Shown here: positions 45,447 to 58,000 of the stretch, in pieces
Position numbering within the stretch: the first letter of the stretch is position 1
Layout: every line of letters starts with the position of its first letter
Virus record (IMG/VR): IMGVR_UViG_3300009965_000007
Span: 1 to 60,206 of that record
Length of the DNA stretch: 60,206 nucleotides
Direction: 5' to 3' (one strand)
Source: a virus
Program-made: the position numbers and the translations under genes
Notes under the pieces: generated by a model
Databases searched by the model: none
What the model was told of the DNA's origin: nothing
Seen by the model: the letters and a program-made list of their open reading frames with translations, nothing else

Positions 45447-46061
45447 CTATTTCCTTACTCTATCTAATATCTTTCGCACCACATTTCGCACGCTTGGCAC
45501 TCGCTTGTAAAGGTAGTATAAAGCTATGGCTATGGCAAACAGAATACTTACACCTACTATTAGCTGCCAAAAGTCGAAAGGTTTCGATACCGCTATCTGC
45601 TCTACTTGCTTCTGTTTCTGCTTGTGTTGCTCGGTGGCGTGTACTTTCGTTCTTACTACTTTATTTGCTGTGCTATCTTTCTGCACAGACATACCTTTCT
45701 TTTCGTTCTTACAGCTTATCTTTGTTTCCTTGATAGTTTTTAAGCCGTGATGTATTATGACGCTGCCATCGCTCTTGTATTCTACCATTGGCTGTTTAGC
45801 ATTAGTGTCGTGAGTAAGACAGCTTTCCTTGCCGTAATAGGGCGTGTCGAATATGTACTCACGAATGAGCGTGGTATATTCGTCCACGTGCGATGTGTCC
45901 ACGAGTGAGTATTTCACGCTTGCCTGTTCCTTTACCACTTGCGCACTATCAAATGTGCGCTTTACACTCTCTACCTGTACGGCTCTCTTCGTCTTGCAAC
46001 TGCAAAGTGTAATTAGGGTGCATATCAGCACGCCCCATATTGCTCCTATTAGTCTATTCAT
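45447..46061 (-). CDS. Unimolecular-spanin-like protein (lipoprotein signal plus C-terminal TM helix)
   Basis: N-terminal 'GVLICTLITLCSC' and a C-terminal hydrophobic helix 'WQLIVGVSILFAIAIALYYLY'. Directly downstream of the endolysin. Confidence 0.5.
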   Translation of the reverse strand: MNRLIGAIWGVLICTLITLCSCKTKRAVQVESVKRTFDSAQVVKEQASVKYSLVDTSHVDEYTTLIREYIFDTPYYGKESCLTHDTNAKQPMVEYKSDGSVIIHHGLKTIKETKISCKNEKKGMSVQKDSTANKVVRTKVHATEQHKQKQKQVEQIAVSKPFDFWQLIVGVSILFAIAIALYYLYKRVPSVRNVVRKILDRVRK

Positions 46062-46063
46062 AT

Positions 46064-46516
46064 CTATACCTTTAAATTAAAACACTGTCTACGTTGGCTA
46101 CCATCAGGCTTTTTATATCCTACGTGTACCCAACGTGTGTAGCTGTTTTTCTCAATTATGATTTGGTCGTACAGATAGCCACGCTTGCTAAAACTATATG
46201 CCATAAAACGCTCGAACACGTCCTGCTTTCCATTGGCTGGTACAATGTCGGCTGCATAGCCAGCTACGTGCGCACTGTTCTTTACACCGCCCACAGCTTT
46301 GTTTAATGCTGGACTTCTGTACCCACTCGACACTATCAACGATGGACTACCCAAATTGTATTCGAGGCAATATTTTGCCCATTCGGCACGTATAGCCTCG
46401 AGTAGTGTTATAGTTTCTGTCAGATGCACCCTAACCACTGCTGGTGGAGTGTTGTCTATTCCTTTCTCTTGTGCCACCTTTGAGGTGCACAACTCTCCTA
46501 TCGTAAAGTTTGCCAT
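46064..46516 (-). CDS. Endolysin, peptidase M15 (VanY / D-Ala-D-Ala carboxypeptidase-like)
   Basis: 'SGYRSPALNKAVGGVKNSAHVAGYAADIV' fits the M15 zinc-peptidase motif. Confidence 0.8.
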   Translation of the reverse strand: MANFTIGELCTSKVAQEKGIDNTPPAVVRVHLTETITLLEAIRAEWAKYCLEYNLGSPSLIVSSGYRSPALNKAVGGVKNSAHVAGYAADIVPANGKQDVFERFMAYSFSKRGYLYDQIIIEKNSYTRWVHVGYKKPDGSQRRQCFNLKV

Positions 46517-46517
46517 T

Positions 46518-46775
46518 TTAAATCATTAATATTAACATTGCCACACCACCCATTACGCCTGCGAGAGCGTCCGTTAAGTCGAAATTCTCTTTGCGTATAA
46601 AGTGGTCAATACATTCTTTTCCTGCCATTACTATTGCAACGGCTGTCAATGCAGCTAATGCTCCACCGTGTAAGCGCACAATGGCTGCCACCATCATACC
46701 CACAATAAAGTGTAGATACTTGTCGCTACCAATATCTGCCAACCGTTCAAATATTTTATATATTCTTTCTATCAT
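46518..46775 (-). CDS. Holin candidate
   Basis: 85 aa with 2-3 hydrophobic helices, immediately upstream of the endolysin. Confidence 0.55.
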   Translation of the reverse strand: MIERIYKIFERLADIGSDKYLHFIVGMMVAAIVRLHGGALAALTAVAIVMAGKECIDHFIRKENFDLTDALAGVMGGVAMLILMI

Positions 46776-46784
46776 ATCTTTTAA

Positions 46785-47099
46785 TTATTCTTCCTCCGCT
46801 AATTTTCTCAACATTATATCAATAGTACATTCTGTATTCTCCGCAGCCAAATCAACAGTAGTGCTTTGCATCTTTGGAGTTGTATACTGTATTAATCTTT
46901 CTGCTATTGTAATTCTGTCTTTTGGTTCTAACGAAAGAAAGTCTTGCGTAAAAAGACCACTTCTATTATAATCCGCTAACACACCCTCAATAGCTTTTCT
47001 ATTAAGAGCAGTAAGCTTATTAGGTGTTCCTTTCACACGTCCACCTGTCTTTTTTCGTTTTCCTTTTTCTTTTTCCTTTTCCTTTTTTATTGTTTTCAT
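46785..47099 (-). CDS. Basic N-terminus protein, possibly DNA-binding
   Basis: 'KKEKEKEKGKRKKTGGRVKGTPNKLT' N-terminus. First gene of the minus-strand lysis operon. Confidence 0.5.
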   Translation of the reverse strand: MKTIKKEKEKEKGKRKKTGGRVKGTPNKLTALNRKAIEGVLADYNRSGLFTQDFLSLEPKDRITIAERLIQYTTPKMQSTTVDLAAENTECTIDIMLRKLAEEE

Positions 47100-47111
47100 A
47101 TTCTTTGCGTG

Positions 47112-47154
47112 TTAATACTTAAAAACCAAAAGCAAAGGTATTGTTTTAATTTTG
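47112..47154 (+). promoter_or_regulatory. Late-type promoter P3 (ejection-protein operon)
   Basis: TTAATACTTAA (47112-47122), 24 nt, then TAATTTTG (47147-47154). ATG at 47195. Interleaved with P6. Confidence 0.7.
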
Positions 47155-47175
47155 ACGCATTATTATAAGTATTAA
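47133..47175 (-). promoter_or_regulatory. Late-type promoter P6 (lysis operon)
   Basis: Minus strand reads TTAATACTTAT (47175-47165), 24 nt, then TACCTTTG (47140-47133). ATG at 47099. Confidence 0.6.
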
Positions 47176-47194
47176 TTCCACAAAACAAAGCAAT

Positions 47195-47746
47195 ATGTTA
47201 GGAACAGCAATAGGAGCAGGTCTCAAAATAGCAGGCAGTATCTTTGGAGGTATCAAAGCCTCAAAAGCTATGCGCAAATATAAAGCGCAAATCAATCAGC
47301 AAAAACAAGAAAATAAAAGTTGGTACGATAGACGCTACAACGAAGATGCAACGCAGCGAGCCGAAGCACAAGCCGTACTTTCTAATTTGCGTGAACACCT
47401 TAAACGTAATAGTGAGAATACAGCAGGCACACAAGCCGTCATTGGAGGCACGGAGGAAAGTGTTGCAGCGCAAAAAGCAGCCGACGCAAACGCAATGAGT
47501 AACGCAGTCAGCAACATTAACGCTATGGGCGAAGCTCGTAAAGATGCCATCGAACAGCAGTATCAACAGCGAGAAGACAACCTGAATGCACAACTTGGAA
47601 ACTTAGAAGTTAATCGTGCGCAGAACATAGCCAATGCCGTTAAGGGAGTTAGCCACGCAGCATCAGACATTGCAGCTTATATGGACGGCACAGAAAAACC
47701 CATTAAACCAAAACAAGACGAACAAGAAGAAAATCCTTATGTTTAA
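47195..47746 (+). CDS. Internal virion / ejection protein candidate
   Basis: Gly-zipper-like N-terminus MLGTAIGAGLKIAGSIFGGIKA, then a Q/A/N-rich helical region. Heads the operon that contains the giant ORF. Confidence 0.4.
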   Translation: MLGTAIGAGLKIAGSIFGGIKASKAMRKYKAQINQQKQENKSWYDRRYNEDATQRAEAQAVLSNLREHLKRNSENTAGTQAVIGGTEESVAAQKAADANAMSNAVSNINAMGEARKDAIEQQYQQREDNLNAQLGNLEVNRAQNIANAVKGVSHAASDIAAYMDGTEKPIKPKQDEQEENPYV

Positions 47747-47763
47747 ATAGGTTAGATAGTTAT

Positions 47764-49065
47764 ATGAGTTCTTTAGCAGATATAATGAATACAAGTGGTG
47801 CAAGAAATCGTAGGCGAGGTAGTGGGGCAACAACGCCTACACCCACTCAACAACAGCCTACACAAACACCACAACCACAACAAACAGGCACAACACCCAC
47901 AGTGCAGCCAGCACAAGGCGAAGTAAGTGCGCCACAGCCAGCAACACAACCAACAGCAGCTCCGCCTCAACCGATGCCAGGAGAAGTACAGCCCATAGAG
48001 AAAATACCACAGCCAGCACCCATCAGTAGCTGGTTGCCAAAGGACGTTCCACCAACAGCAGAAGAGAATAACTCTGAACAAGAAAACAATCCTTATCAAA
48101 GAATGTCTTTGGAACAAATAGCACGCACGCTTTACGAAAGTGGCAAGCCGTCTCCTGAAGAAGAGGAACGGCAGCGCAAGCGTGAACGCAGCAGGGCAAT
48201 ATTGTCGGCTATTGGTGATGGCGTTTCGGCACTCTCAAACTTGTATCATACAAGCAAATACGCTCCCGATATGAGTACTCCCGATAGTTCGTTGAGTGGC
48301 AAAGCAAAGGAACGTTACGACAGATTTACACAAATACGTAGAGAAAATGAGGCTCGCTATAACAATGCTATCTTGCGTGCACGGCAAGGTGATTATGAAA
48401 TGAATATGAAAGAACGTGAGATAGCACGCAAGGAGGCAGCCGACGCAGCAAAGGACGCACGAGAAGCAAAGCGTTACGAAGAGCAGGCAAAAGCAAAGGC
48501 AGAAGAATTGCGAATTAAAGCAGAACAAGCGCAGACTGCCAAAGAAAGGGCAGAGTACGAAAAACAGTACAACGATGCATTGCTTGACCTCAAGCAGAAA
48601 GCATTAGAAGCCGACATTGCAGCGAAGAAAGAACAGGCAGCAGTTCGGCGTGCGACACTTGCCGAAACAGCACGCCACAATAGAACTGTGGAGGGATTAA
48701 GCAGAGAAAGAAACAATATCTCACGCTCAAAAGGCGGAGGGAAAAACAGCGGAGGTGCAGATGCATCGGATATGTATTACATCAGCGGCAGACATTTCAC
48801 CATCGGACGAAAGAAAACACTATCGCAAATGGAACAAGATGCCATTTATCAATACGCTGTAAACAGGGGTTGGGTAGACAAGAAAAATCAGAATGCCGTC
48901 AATTCAGGCTCACTAAAAAAAGGCGACATCATTGCTAAACTTGCCAACTATACACCACAAGCAAAGCAGTATCTTATTGACAACTACGGCTATACAGAAA
49001 TCAATAATGGCAAGTCATTAGGATTAAAGCACAACAAAGGGAAAAAGATATTAGGATTAAAATAA
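47764..49065 (+). CDS. Low-complexity (P/Q/T-rich then K/E/A coiled-coil) virion protein candidate
   Basis: 433 aa with an N-terminal PTQQQPTQTPQPQQTG region and a central charged coiled coil. Confidence 0.5.
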   Translation: MSSLADIMNTSGARNRRRGSGATTPTPTQQQPTQTPQPQQTGTTPTVQPAQGEVSAPQPATQPTAAPPQPMPGEVQPIEKIPQPAPISSWLPKDVPPTAEENNSEQENNPYQRMSLEQIARTLYESGKPSPEEEERQRKRERSRAILSAIGDGVSALSNLYHTSKYAPDMSTPDSSLSGKAKERYDRFTQIRRENEARYNNAILRARQGDYEMNMKEREIARKEAADAAKDAREAKRYEEQAKAKAEELRIKAEQAQTAKERAEYEKQYNDALLDLKQKALEADIAAKKEQAAVRRATLAETARHNRTVEGLSRERNNISRSKGGGKNSGGADASDMYYISGRHFTIGRKKTLSQMEQDAIYQYAVNRGWVDKKNQNAVNSGSLKKGDIIAKLANYTPQAKQYLIDNYGYTEINNGKSLGLKHNKGKKILGLK

Positions 49066-49081
49066 AAAAAATAACATACGT

Positions 49082-52000
49082 ATGCCAGATATAAAGAACA
49101 ACATAAAGGTTATTTACAACGCATTAGCCAAAGAGGGTTATAACGATTTAGGGTCAGAACAAGAGTTTGCAGAAAATATGGCAGACGAAAACAATCGAAA
49201 ACTTGTTTATAACACACTCAAAGGAAAAGAGTTTGCAGATGTAAAAGACTACGACAGCTTTTCTAATATGGTTTATCAGCAGCCACGAGCAGAGCAGCAG
49301 CAAGAGGAAGAAATAAAACCTGTAAAGCCTGCAAAGATAGACCCACGTTTTGTTGCTCCAAATGTAGGCAAGCCTACCGATGCACAGCCAATTATGAAAT
49401 CTGTGCAACAAGATACTGGTTTTGCTGCACCACAAGACTACAATTCGCAAAATGCTTTCTTATCTAATGTTGATAAGGATTATAATGTTGCAAGTCATAT
49501 CCCCGATGCACAGCAGCCTATTAAAATGTATGGTGCTGATAGCAATCTTGGAGAAGTCATAGATAACCTTTATACGGTCTACGATGAAGCATACAAGAAA
49601 GATAATCCTAAAAAAATTGCAGAAGCAGCAAATATGGCTCGTTCTATGGGACTTGATAACGAGCAAGCAGAAAAGGCACTCACTTTAGTACACGGTCTTT
49701 ATTCACAGAATATTGCTAACAACATAGCGGACTATATGTATAGCCGTATGAATAACGGAGACCCACTCTATGCATTGAAAGAGGTTTATTATGATAAAGA
49801 CTTTCAAAAGAAGCTCAAAGACACAACTACCCGATTAGGACTTGATAACACACAAGGTTTTGTAGAGTATTACCTAAAGCCAGCATTGCAACGTAAACTC
49901 GAAAACGAACGTGGGTTTACTGATACCGTAAACTTTGGCGTACAAAGCGGAAGCGATGATGTTGCAAAGAATACAGAAGTCTTTGAGAAACGCAAGGCAG
50001 AAGAAGACCTTTTGCAAAAGCAGGTTGATGCAATGAACGCAGAGGGTAAGCGCATAGAAGAAAAGGGACAACAAATGTACGACCCTAACTATAAAGACCG
50101 TCCGTGGTGGGCAGACTTGATACCTGTAGAGGGTGGCGGGCGAAGTGCATACGACGAAGCAGAGGGCATAAAGCGCAACCCCGAAGCCGAAGAACTTATG
50201 CGCACAGGACAAGCTATGCAACGTATGGCAGACGATGCACAAGCAGCCATCAGCGAGGATAACATTCTTCGTACAAGGAAGACGGACGGTCTCACCAATC
50301 AAATTAAGAATGCATTTGGGCGGATTTTACGTGGTGGAGCAAAAACCGCAACCGATATTCGTACGTGGGACTTCGGTTTTACCGACCTTAAGGACGCTAC
50401 AGTCATAAAGGCAGCAGCTGACGCCTACGCAAACAACCGTGCAACGGCAGCGCAGAAAGCACTGTTAAATGCCGTAGCCCTTAAAAATGCCGTAATGGGC
50501 AAGCACGGAGATGCATTGGGCGGACTGTATGGAGCAACAGGCACAACTATACAGATGGCTCCTTATATGATGCAGTTTGCAGCCAGTCCTGTAAAAGGTG
50601 TAGGCGTAGGGTTTCAGAAGTATTGCAGAACACAACTCGAAAAAGCGTTTGGCAAATACGCCACAGAAGCCGTAGGCAAGTTTGTTATCAAATCAGGAGA
50701 ACTCGCAGGACGTTTTGTTGGAGACGTAGCGCAAGGTGCAGCAATGACTACCATCTTCAATATGCCTGCCGTTGCAGCCGATACACATAAACGTATGACT
50801 GGTGATTTGGAAGCTGCCACCGATAGCAAAGGGAACATCGTCTACAGCGGCAAGCGTACAAACGTAAAGAGCGGCGGCAGGGCTTTTGCAGAAGCATTCA
50901 CGGCACAGACCATTGAAAACCAAAGCGAACTATTTGGCGAATACCTCAAACCTTTGGCAAACTTTACGCAAAAGGGTGCGGCAAAGGCTATGGATAAGTG
51001 GGGCTTGAGTAAGACGAAAGATTTCCTTACAGGTATTAACAACAAGCAAATTATGAAAAGCTTTAACCGCTTCACAAAGAACACAGAGTGGAACGGTTTA
51101 TTTGGTGAGGTTGGAGAAGTAATTGTTGGTAACTTTGAAAACGCATTCACTGTAGGCGATTTAAACCTTAATCTTGACATTAACGATGACAACAGCGTTT
51201 TCAGCAAGAAAGTAAACACCGATATTATTTTAGGTGTAGGCTTAGGTTGTGGCATCATCAGTGGCGCACGTGTGGGCAGCTACATTCGCAACAATCGCAG
51301 ACTAAACACCGCTATCAAAGATGCAGATAGCTATGCAGATGTTATCTTTGGCACTGACCGTTGGCAACAGATAAAGAGCGAGATAGACAACGCTCCCGAT
51401 GACAAGGCAGGAAATTTACTGCAATCTTACATAGATAGTGAAAAACTCAACAAAGAACAAAAACAAACCATTGTAGACTATACTGTTAATACGTATATTA
51501 AACGTGGTAATGATATTTCGCACCTCAAAAATGCCATAGAAGATAATATCTCTTCTGAACAGCAGGAAGTACAGTCTGCCTATGAAAACGGACAGAACGC
51601 ACGTGATGCGCAAATGAACGAAGTCAAAACCTCGCTCGATGAAGCAGAAAAGCACGCAGCAGAACTTTTAGGCGAGGACGAATTAAACGCATTGGACGGT
51701 GTCGAAGATGTAGACGCTTTCAAAGAAAGCAACGCTTACAAGTCCTATTCAGAAGAACAGAGAGAAACAGCACTTAAATATATCATTGCACGTACCGCAT
51801 ACAATGGTATGATTAATCGTGTACAGGACGAAATAAAAGCAGCTGTTAATAAAGCCAATGCAGAAATAGACAATCTCACTCACAAGGATAGCGGCACTAT
51901 CATTCGTGCAACTCTCAAAAATGGAGACCAGGAAGTATATGTTGTTTCAGGAAACGTGGCAATGTCTCCCGATGGAAAGAGCATAGACACCGAAAAGTCC

Positions 52001-55000
52001 GACAACGATATTGTCGTTTACAATACGGAGAGTGGGAAAAAGGAAATGCTCGATATAAAAGACCTACAAAGTGTAGATACTCCTATTGATGCAGCTACCT
52101 ACAAGGCTAACAATGCAGCAGAGACAACGCAACAAATAGCAGAGACAGAAGCCGCAAAAATAGACGGTGTTCGCAATTTCCATTACAACGACACTGTAAA
52201 GGTGCAAGACAAAGATGGCAACCTTATAAATGGCAGCGTACAAGATGTTACACCCGATGGCATTATTGTTGTTTCAGACGCATATCCTGGTGGCAAGACT
52301 TACACAGCAGAGGAACTCACTGCAATGCAACCGCAGCAGCAAACAGAAAGCAGTCCTACAGAAGCTATGCTACAAACGCCCGAAGCTCCAGCAGCAACAG
52401 AACAAACAGAAAGTGCTGCAAACGAAAGTACTGCAAACGAAGCTCCAGCACAAAAGGAAAGCGAGGTGAACTCTCCACAAAGTGAAGCAACGCCACAACA
52501 AGAAGAGACAGCAGAGCCACAGCAGCAAGCAATACCTACCAATGAGAAAGGGAACTTATTATATCACGAAGTTCCTGTAGAGCGTACGATAGAAGATTTG
52601 TACGATGGCTCATTAGACGATACAGAGATTGCCGACTTTATTTCTGCAAATATCGAAGCAGCACAAAAGGAATACAACAGTGTTGTAAAGAAAGTACCGA
52701 AGATTAGCACAGACAAAGCTAAATACTTGCAAGAAAAACAAGCCTATCAAGAAGAAGTTGGCAAAGCGAAAGCAAAGGTAGACTACTGGCAAGCTGTAGA
52801 AAACGAACGCCAACGCATCACCCACACCTCCCCCGAAGAACTTAAAAACGAAGAAGACGAATTAAGCGGAGAAGCGGCACGAAAAGAGTATAGAGGAATA
52901 ACGACAGGAGACGAAGAGAATCCTACGTCCGTAGAAGACCTCGTGAGAGACTTCTTGCGAGGCGCAAAAATAACTCCCGAAGATTTCAGAAGAGAAACAG
53001 GACTATCCATAAGCGAACAGAAAAAGTTCGTTGGTATGATTTCAAAACAAGGAAAGACTATTGCAAGGCTCAGCGAAGAACTTGCAGACTACGACGAATG
53101 GAATCTGGGTGGTAGATTCTTTGGCGGAGATAATAACGCAGCACGTGGAGCAATCATAGACGTACTTTTAAGTTCGAGAACACGTGGCGACTTCAAACAA
53201 CAGGACGCAACGGAAGAAGAAGAACGCTATATAGAAGCTGTAGAACAGCAAAGAGAACAGTGGTATTACGAAAACTACCATATGACATACGAAGAATATC
53301 TGCAATACAGAGAAATCGTATTGCCCGAATTGTTGAGAAAATACGCTAACTTTGCACCCGATATATTATATCCACAATTTGTAGCATCATTCGAAGATGC
53401 ATACGCAGCAGAACATTCACAAACAAACAATACAGAAAACAATGAACAACAAAGAAATGACACCACAACAGAAGAGCCAACAACTACTCCAGGCGATACA
53501 GTTTTGCAAACAGAAGAAACTAATAACAGCAGAGGAGATAGCCAAAGCAAAGAGCAACCAACAGAAGTTCCAACTGGCGTGCGAAGCAGTAATGAGAATG
53601 GAACTCTACCTCAAAGCGCACCCACAGAAGTAGACAAACAGGGCAATCCGCTTAACGCAGATGGCACACTTAAAATAGAAAAGGTAAACTCTATTGACGA
53701 ACTTACAGATAAAGACTTCGAAGAGCCTTATCGTAATGTAGAATTACCTACTTTACCAGCAAAAATCGATAAAGCCATCGATGCAAAAGGGAAACCTGTA
53801 GTTATAAAAAAGAATATCTTTTTAAAAAATAAGAGTAGTCATAATTTTAGCAATGAGCAAAGCAGAAATATACTATCCAACACTTTATACAACGCAGATT
53901 TAATAGGGCAAACACAACCAATAAAAAGACCAAAGCATTGGGTCGCAATACAGATTAGTGAAAAAAGTCCTATTACCGTATTAGAGGTAAATGAAAACAA
54001 AGACAACATAGAAGTTGTTGGTTGGTATACATTAGATAAACGTAACCTTGAAAGAATAAAAAGACAAGCTATCAGCGAGGGCGGCGAACTCCTCATATTA
54101 TCCTCAAAGGATAAGGTGGAAAGCCTTTCCACTCCTACTGATAGTTTGTCTTCTACCGACAAAGTTACACAATCTTCTCAAACAAAGCAAGAAAAGGAGA
54201 ACAAATTTTCACCCACACCACGAAAAGACGGTGAAAGCATAACAGACTATGCCGAAAGAGTAGCAGAAGAACACCAGGCACAACGTACACGCAAAGAAGA
54301 GGAAGCAAAGGTTGATACCAATCCCACAGAAGCACAAAAGGAAGCTGGCAACTACAAAAAAGGACACATCAAAGTAGACGGACTTAATATTACCATCGAA
54401 CAGCCAAAGGGTAGTATTCGTCGTGGCACTGATGCAAACGGCAAGCAGTGGGAAAGCGAAATGCACAATACCTACGGCTACATTCGTGGTACTGAAAGTG
54501 TAGACGGAGACCATATTGATGTGTATTTGTCAGACAATCCAACGGCAGGTAATGTGTTTGTTGTAGACCAAATAAACAAAGACGGTTCATTCGACGAACA
54601 TAAGGTGATGTACGGTTTCCCCGATATGGAAAGCGCAAAGCGAGCCTACCTTTCCAACTACGAAGAGGGCTGGCAAGGCTTAGGAAGCATTACCGAAGTC
54701 AAAAAAGAAGACTTCAAGAAATGGATTGACAGCAGCAAGCGAAAAACAAAACCTTTCGCAGAATACACGTCTGTAAAAACACAAGACGATGTGCAGACTA
54801 AAAAGCCAACAGAAGAGAACGCTGCACCAGCCAACACAGAAACAGAAGAAAACAATGCGCATAATTCAGAGGATATTATGCACGAACAAAAGAATGTACA
54901 ACTGCAGCAAGCTATCAACGCTTACGAAAACGCAACTAAATTCTACTATCAGCAACTAAAGGAAGGGAAACTCGACAAAGTATTCGAGAGTAAACAATGG

Positions 55001-58000
55001 AAAGATGTACTCCGCAAACAAACAGAACTGCAAAAAGTACTATTGCAGCTCAACTCCGAAGAACTGAAAGAACTACTCAAACAAACAAGTAACGAAGACA
55101 CCAAAAAGGAAATCAAAGGGGCATTAGACGCAGTACTTAGACAAGAACAACGGTCTATAGAATATAACGCAGTCTTAGACAAGCAAGAACCCATAACGCC
55201 TATATACAAAGAAGAGAAGAAATCCATTGCCGTTACAGAGTTTGTAGAAACGGACAAGAAAGAAGCAGAGATACACCCCGTTCTCACTGGCGTTTACCAC
55301 GACAACGGCTATGTTGTGGGCACTAATGCGCATATCTTGTTGGCTCGTAAAGAAGACTATAACAAATCTTTAGAGGGAAAGATAACAAACAAGAAAGGCG
55401 AGGTTATAGATGGCAAATATCCAAATTGGCGAGCTGTAGTCGAGGGTGAAACTACAACAAATTCGTGGGGTATCAATCTTGACGAACTGCACGCATTCGT
55501 AAGAGGCGTGCTTACCAAACTAAAGGCAGACGGAGCAAAGAAGAGTAGTATCGACAGCGCAACTATAGCATTTAAGGACACTGACGGAAAAATTATTGTG
55601 TGCAACGCAAAAACACTCGACAAGGCATTGCGTGGAGCAAAAAGCATAGGGGCAACTGAATTCGGAAACAAGTCTGAAACATTCGCACACGCACAAACCA
55701 AAAAAGGCTACGTTGTTTGCCCAACAATCTCCACATACCACAGCATAAACGATAACTGTTTCGTATACGCCCCGAAAGAAGCGGCACGACAACAAACCAC
55801 TGCAACACTCACCAACGACACCGAAGCAAAGCAGAAAGCCACAGAGGCAGTCTTAGCAGCTTTATCTAAGGCAGGTATAGAGGTTGTGCGTGCGACTGAC
55901 GAAGAAGTAAAAGCATTGCTTAGTAACCCCCATGCAACCACATTGCGCACCCCACAAGGCACAATTTATGGTTGGTCGGTTAATGGCAAAATTTATCTTA
56001 CAGAAGCAGGAATAAACCCTGATACGCCAATCCACGAGTACACACACTTGTGGGCAGAAGCAATGATGATAAAAAACAAGAAAGGCTGGGATAGTATAAA
56101 AGCACTGTTGAAAGATAATCCAATTTGGAATGAAGTCGTTGCAGATGCAAACTACTCTAATATTGCGGACAATGAAGATGCTGTTGCAAGTGAAGTCTTA
56201 AGCCGTATCAGCGGCAAAAAGAATGCTGCAAAAATGGAGGAGGAAGCACAAAGGGCTATAGATGAAGCTAAAGGTGTGTTTGAAAAAGCAAGAGCTACAA
56301 CTATACTTACCAATCTAAAGAAAGCACTCAATAGCTTATGGAAGTGGGTAAGCAAAAATATCTTTGATGTTAAAGAGTTTAGCAGCATAAACGAGGTAAC
56401 AGACAAAGTATTATACGACCTTATACATGGTACAAAACTAATAAACGACAAATCTTTAATAGGCGTACATAATATATCTGAACAAAAGCTACGCAAAGTG
56501 TTAAAGCAAGGTGGATTTGCCAATCCGTCTATAGCTGTTATTGATACAGACAAGCAGGTGCATAATGATTATGGAGAAATTTCTCTCATTTTGCCATCTC
56601 GCAAAGTCAATAAGTCTACAGGCAAAAATGTAGGAACATACGAGGGCGACGCATGGACACCTATGTATCCTATTATCGAAAAGCAAATGAGCAACGATGG
56701 TAATCTAATAATGCACAACGATATCAACTCTGTGCCAAATGAAATGCAGAGTGAAGTTCGCAATGCTTTGAATAGATGGTTAGACAATGGTTCGGATACC
56801 GATTTATCATATCTTTACCTATTCCAACAAGGGAAAGCTCCAAAGATGGCTACTGTAAAGCCTAAATATAGCAACGAAGTTTATAAATCGCTAAGAGACA
56901 TTATGTTTGGTGTTGATAGCGTTTATAACTTAACGAAAGGTGAGGTAAAGAAGTTGGTAGAGCTTTATGTGCAAACAGAGCTAAACGGCGACATTGACGA
57001 ATACAACAAAGCCAATGAGAGAAGAATTACAAAGTATAAAGAAACAATAGAAAGCGGAAGAACCAACTCTATGTATTACAAAATAGCAGAAAGAAATTTG
57101 GAAGAAGTCAAAAAGTATGGCTATCCACTTTCTTCTTTGAAAACATTTGCAGACGATGTACAGAGAGATAAAACTAAGCAAGGCAGTAAAAATGTACAAA
57201 AGACTCTTAACGCAGCAAGTCAAATTATAAAAGACGCTGGTCTTGAAGAAGATTTTAGGAATTGGGTAGAGGGCTTAAATAATCGCTACCAAACAAAAGA
57301 GGTTATTTTTGACGGCTTCACCCCAACAGGGAAGCGTAGATACATTCCTAACACTTTAGAAAATGTATCTAAGCTTATGAAGAAACAGGGACGACAAGCG
57401 TCTACAGGATTAGGCGTATCATTCTCAAACTTCGCTGCAAGCGTAATGAAAGCCAACGGAAGTCTTGCTAATATCAGAAAAAAGAAAAGCAAACTCACAA
57501 ACGAACATAAAGATATAGAAAACTTTGAAGAAAAATGGAAAGAAGTATATTTCGATTTAGCAATGAAGTTGCAACCTAATGCAAGTACATTTGACGACTA
57601 CGGCTTTACACGTTTACAAGAAGCTGCACTTGAGGCTGACCCGCAAGCATTTCTAAGCAAAGAGTACGGAGTAACATTATCTAAAGAAGACGTTCGCAAG
57701 TTGCAGCAAATGGTTAAGGCTATCCAAGAAGAAAGACCTGCTATGTACTTTGAAACAAAGTTTGAACGCCCTGTTACTCTCAATGAATTCTCTAAAGCCG
57801 TTGTTCCTGAAGACCTCTCTGATGATTTGCAAAAAACATTAAGAGATAATGGAATAGAGATTTTCACATATAAGCGAGGAGACGCTGAAGACCGACAAAA
57901 AGCAACACAAGAAGCAGCTTACAGTAGTGATGATATAGCATTTCAAATAATAAGCAATGGCAATAACGAAGCCAACAATGATAGCGACACACGTTTTCAG

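Noticed and set aside
45407-45750. + strand ORFs 45407..45733 and 45526..45750.
   Set aside because: They overlap the better-supported minus-strand spanin-like gene and begin inside or next to the terminator hairpin at 45393-45428.
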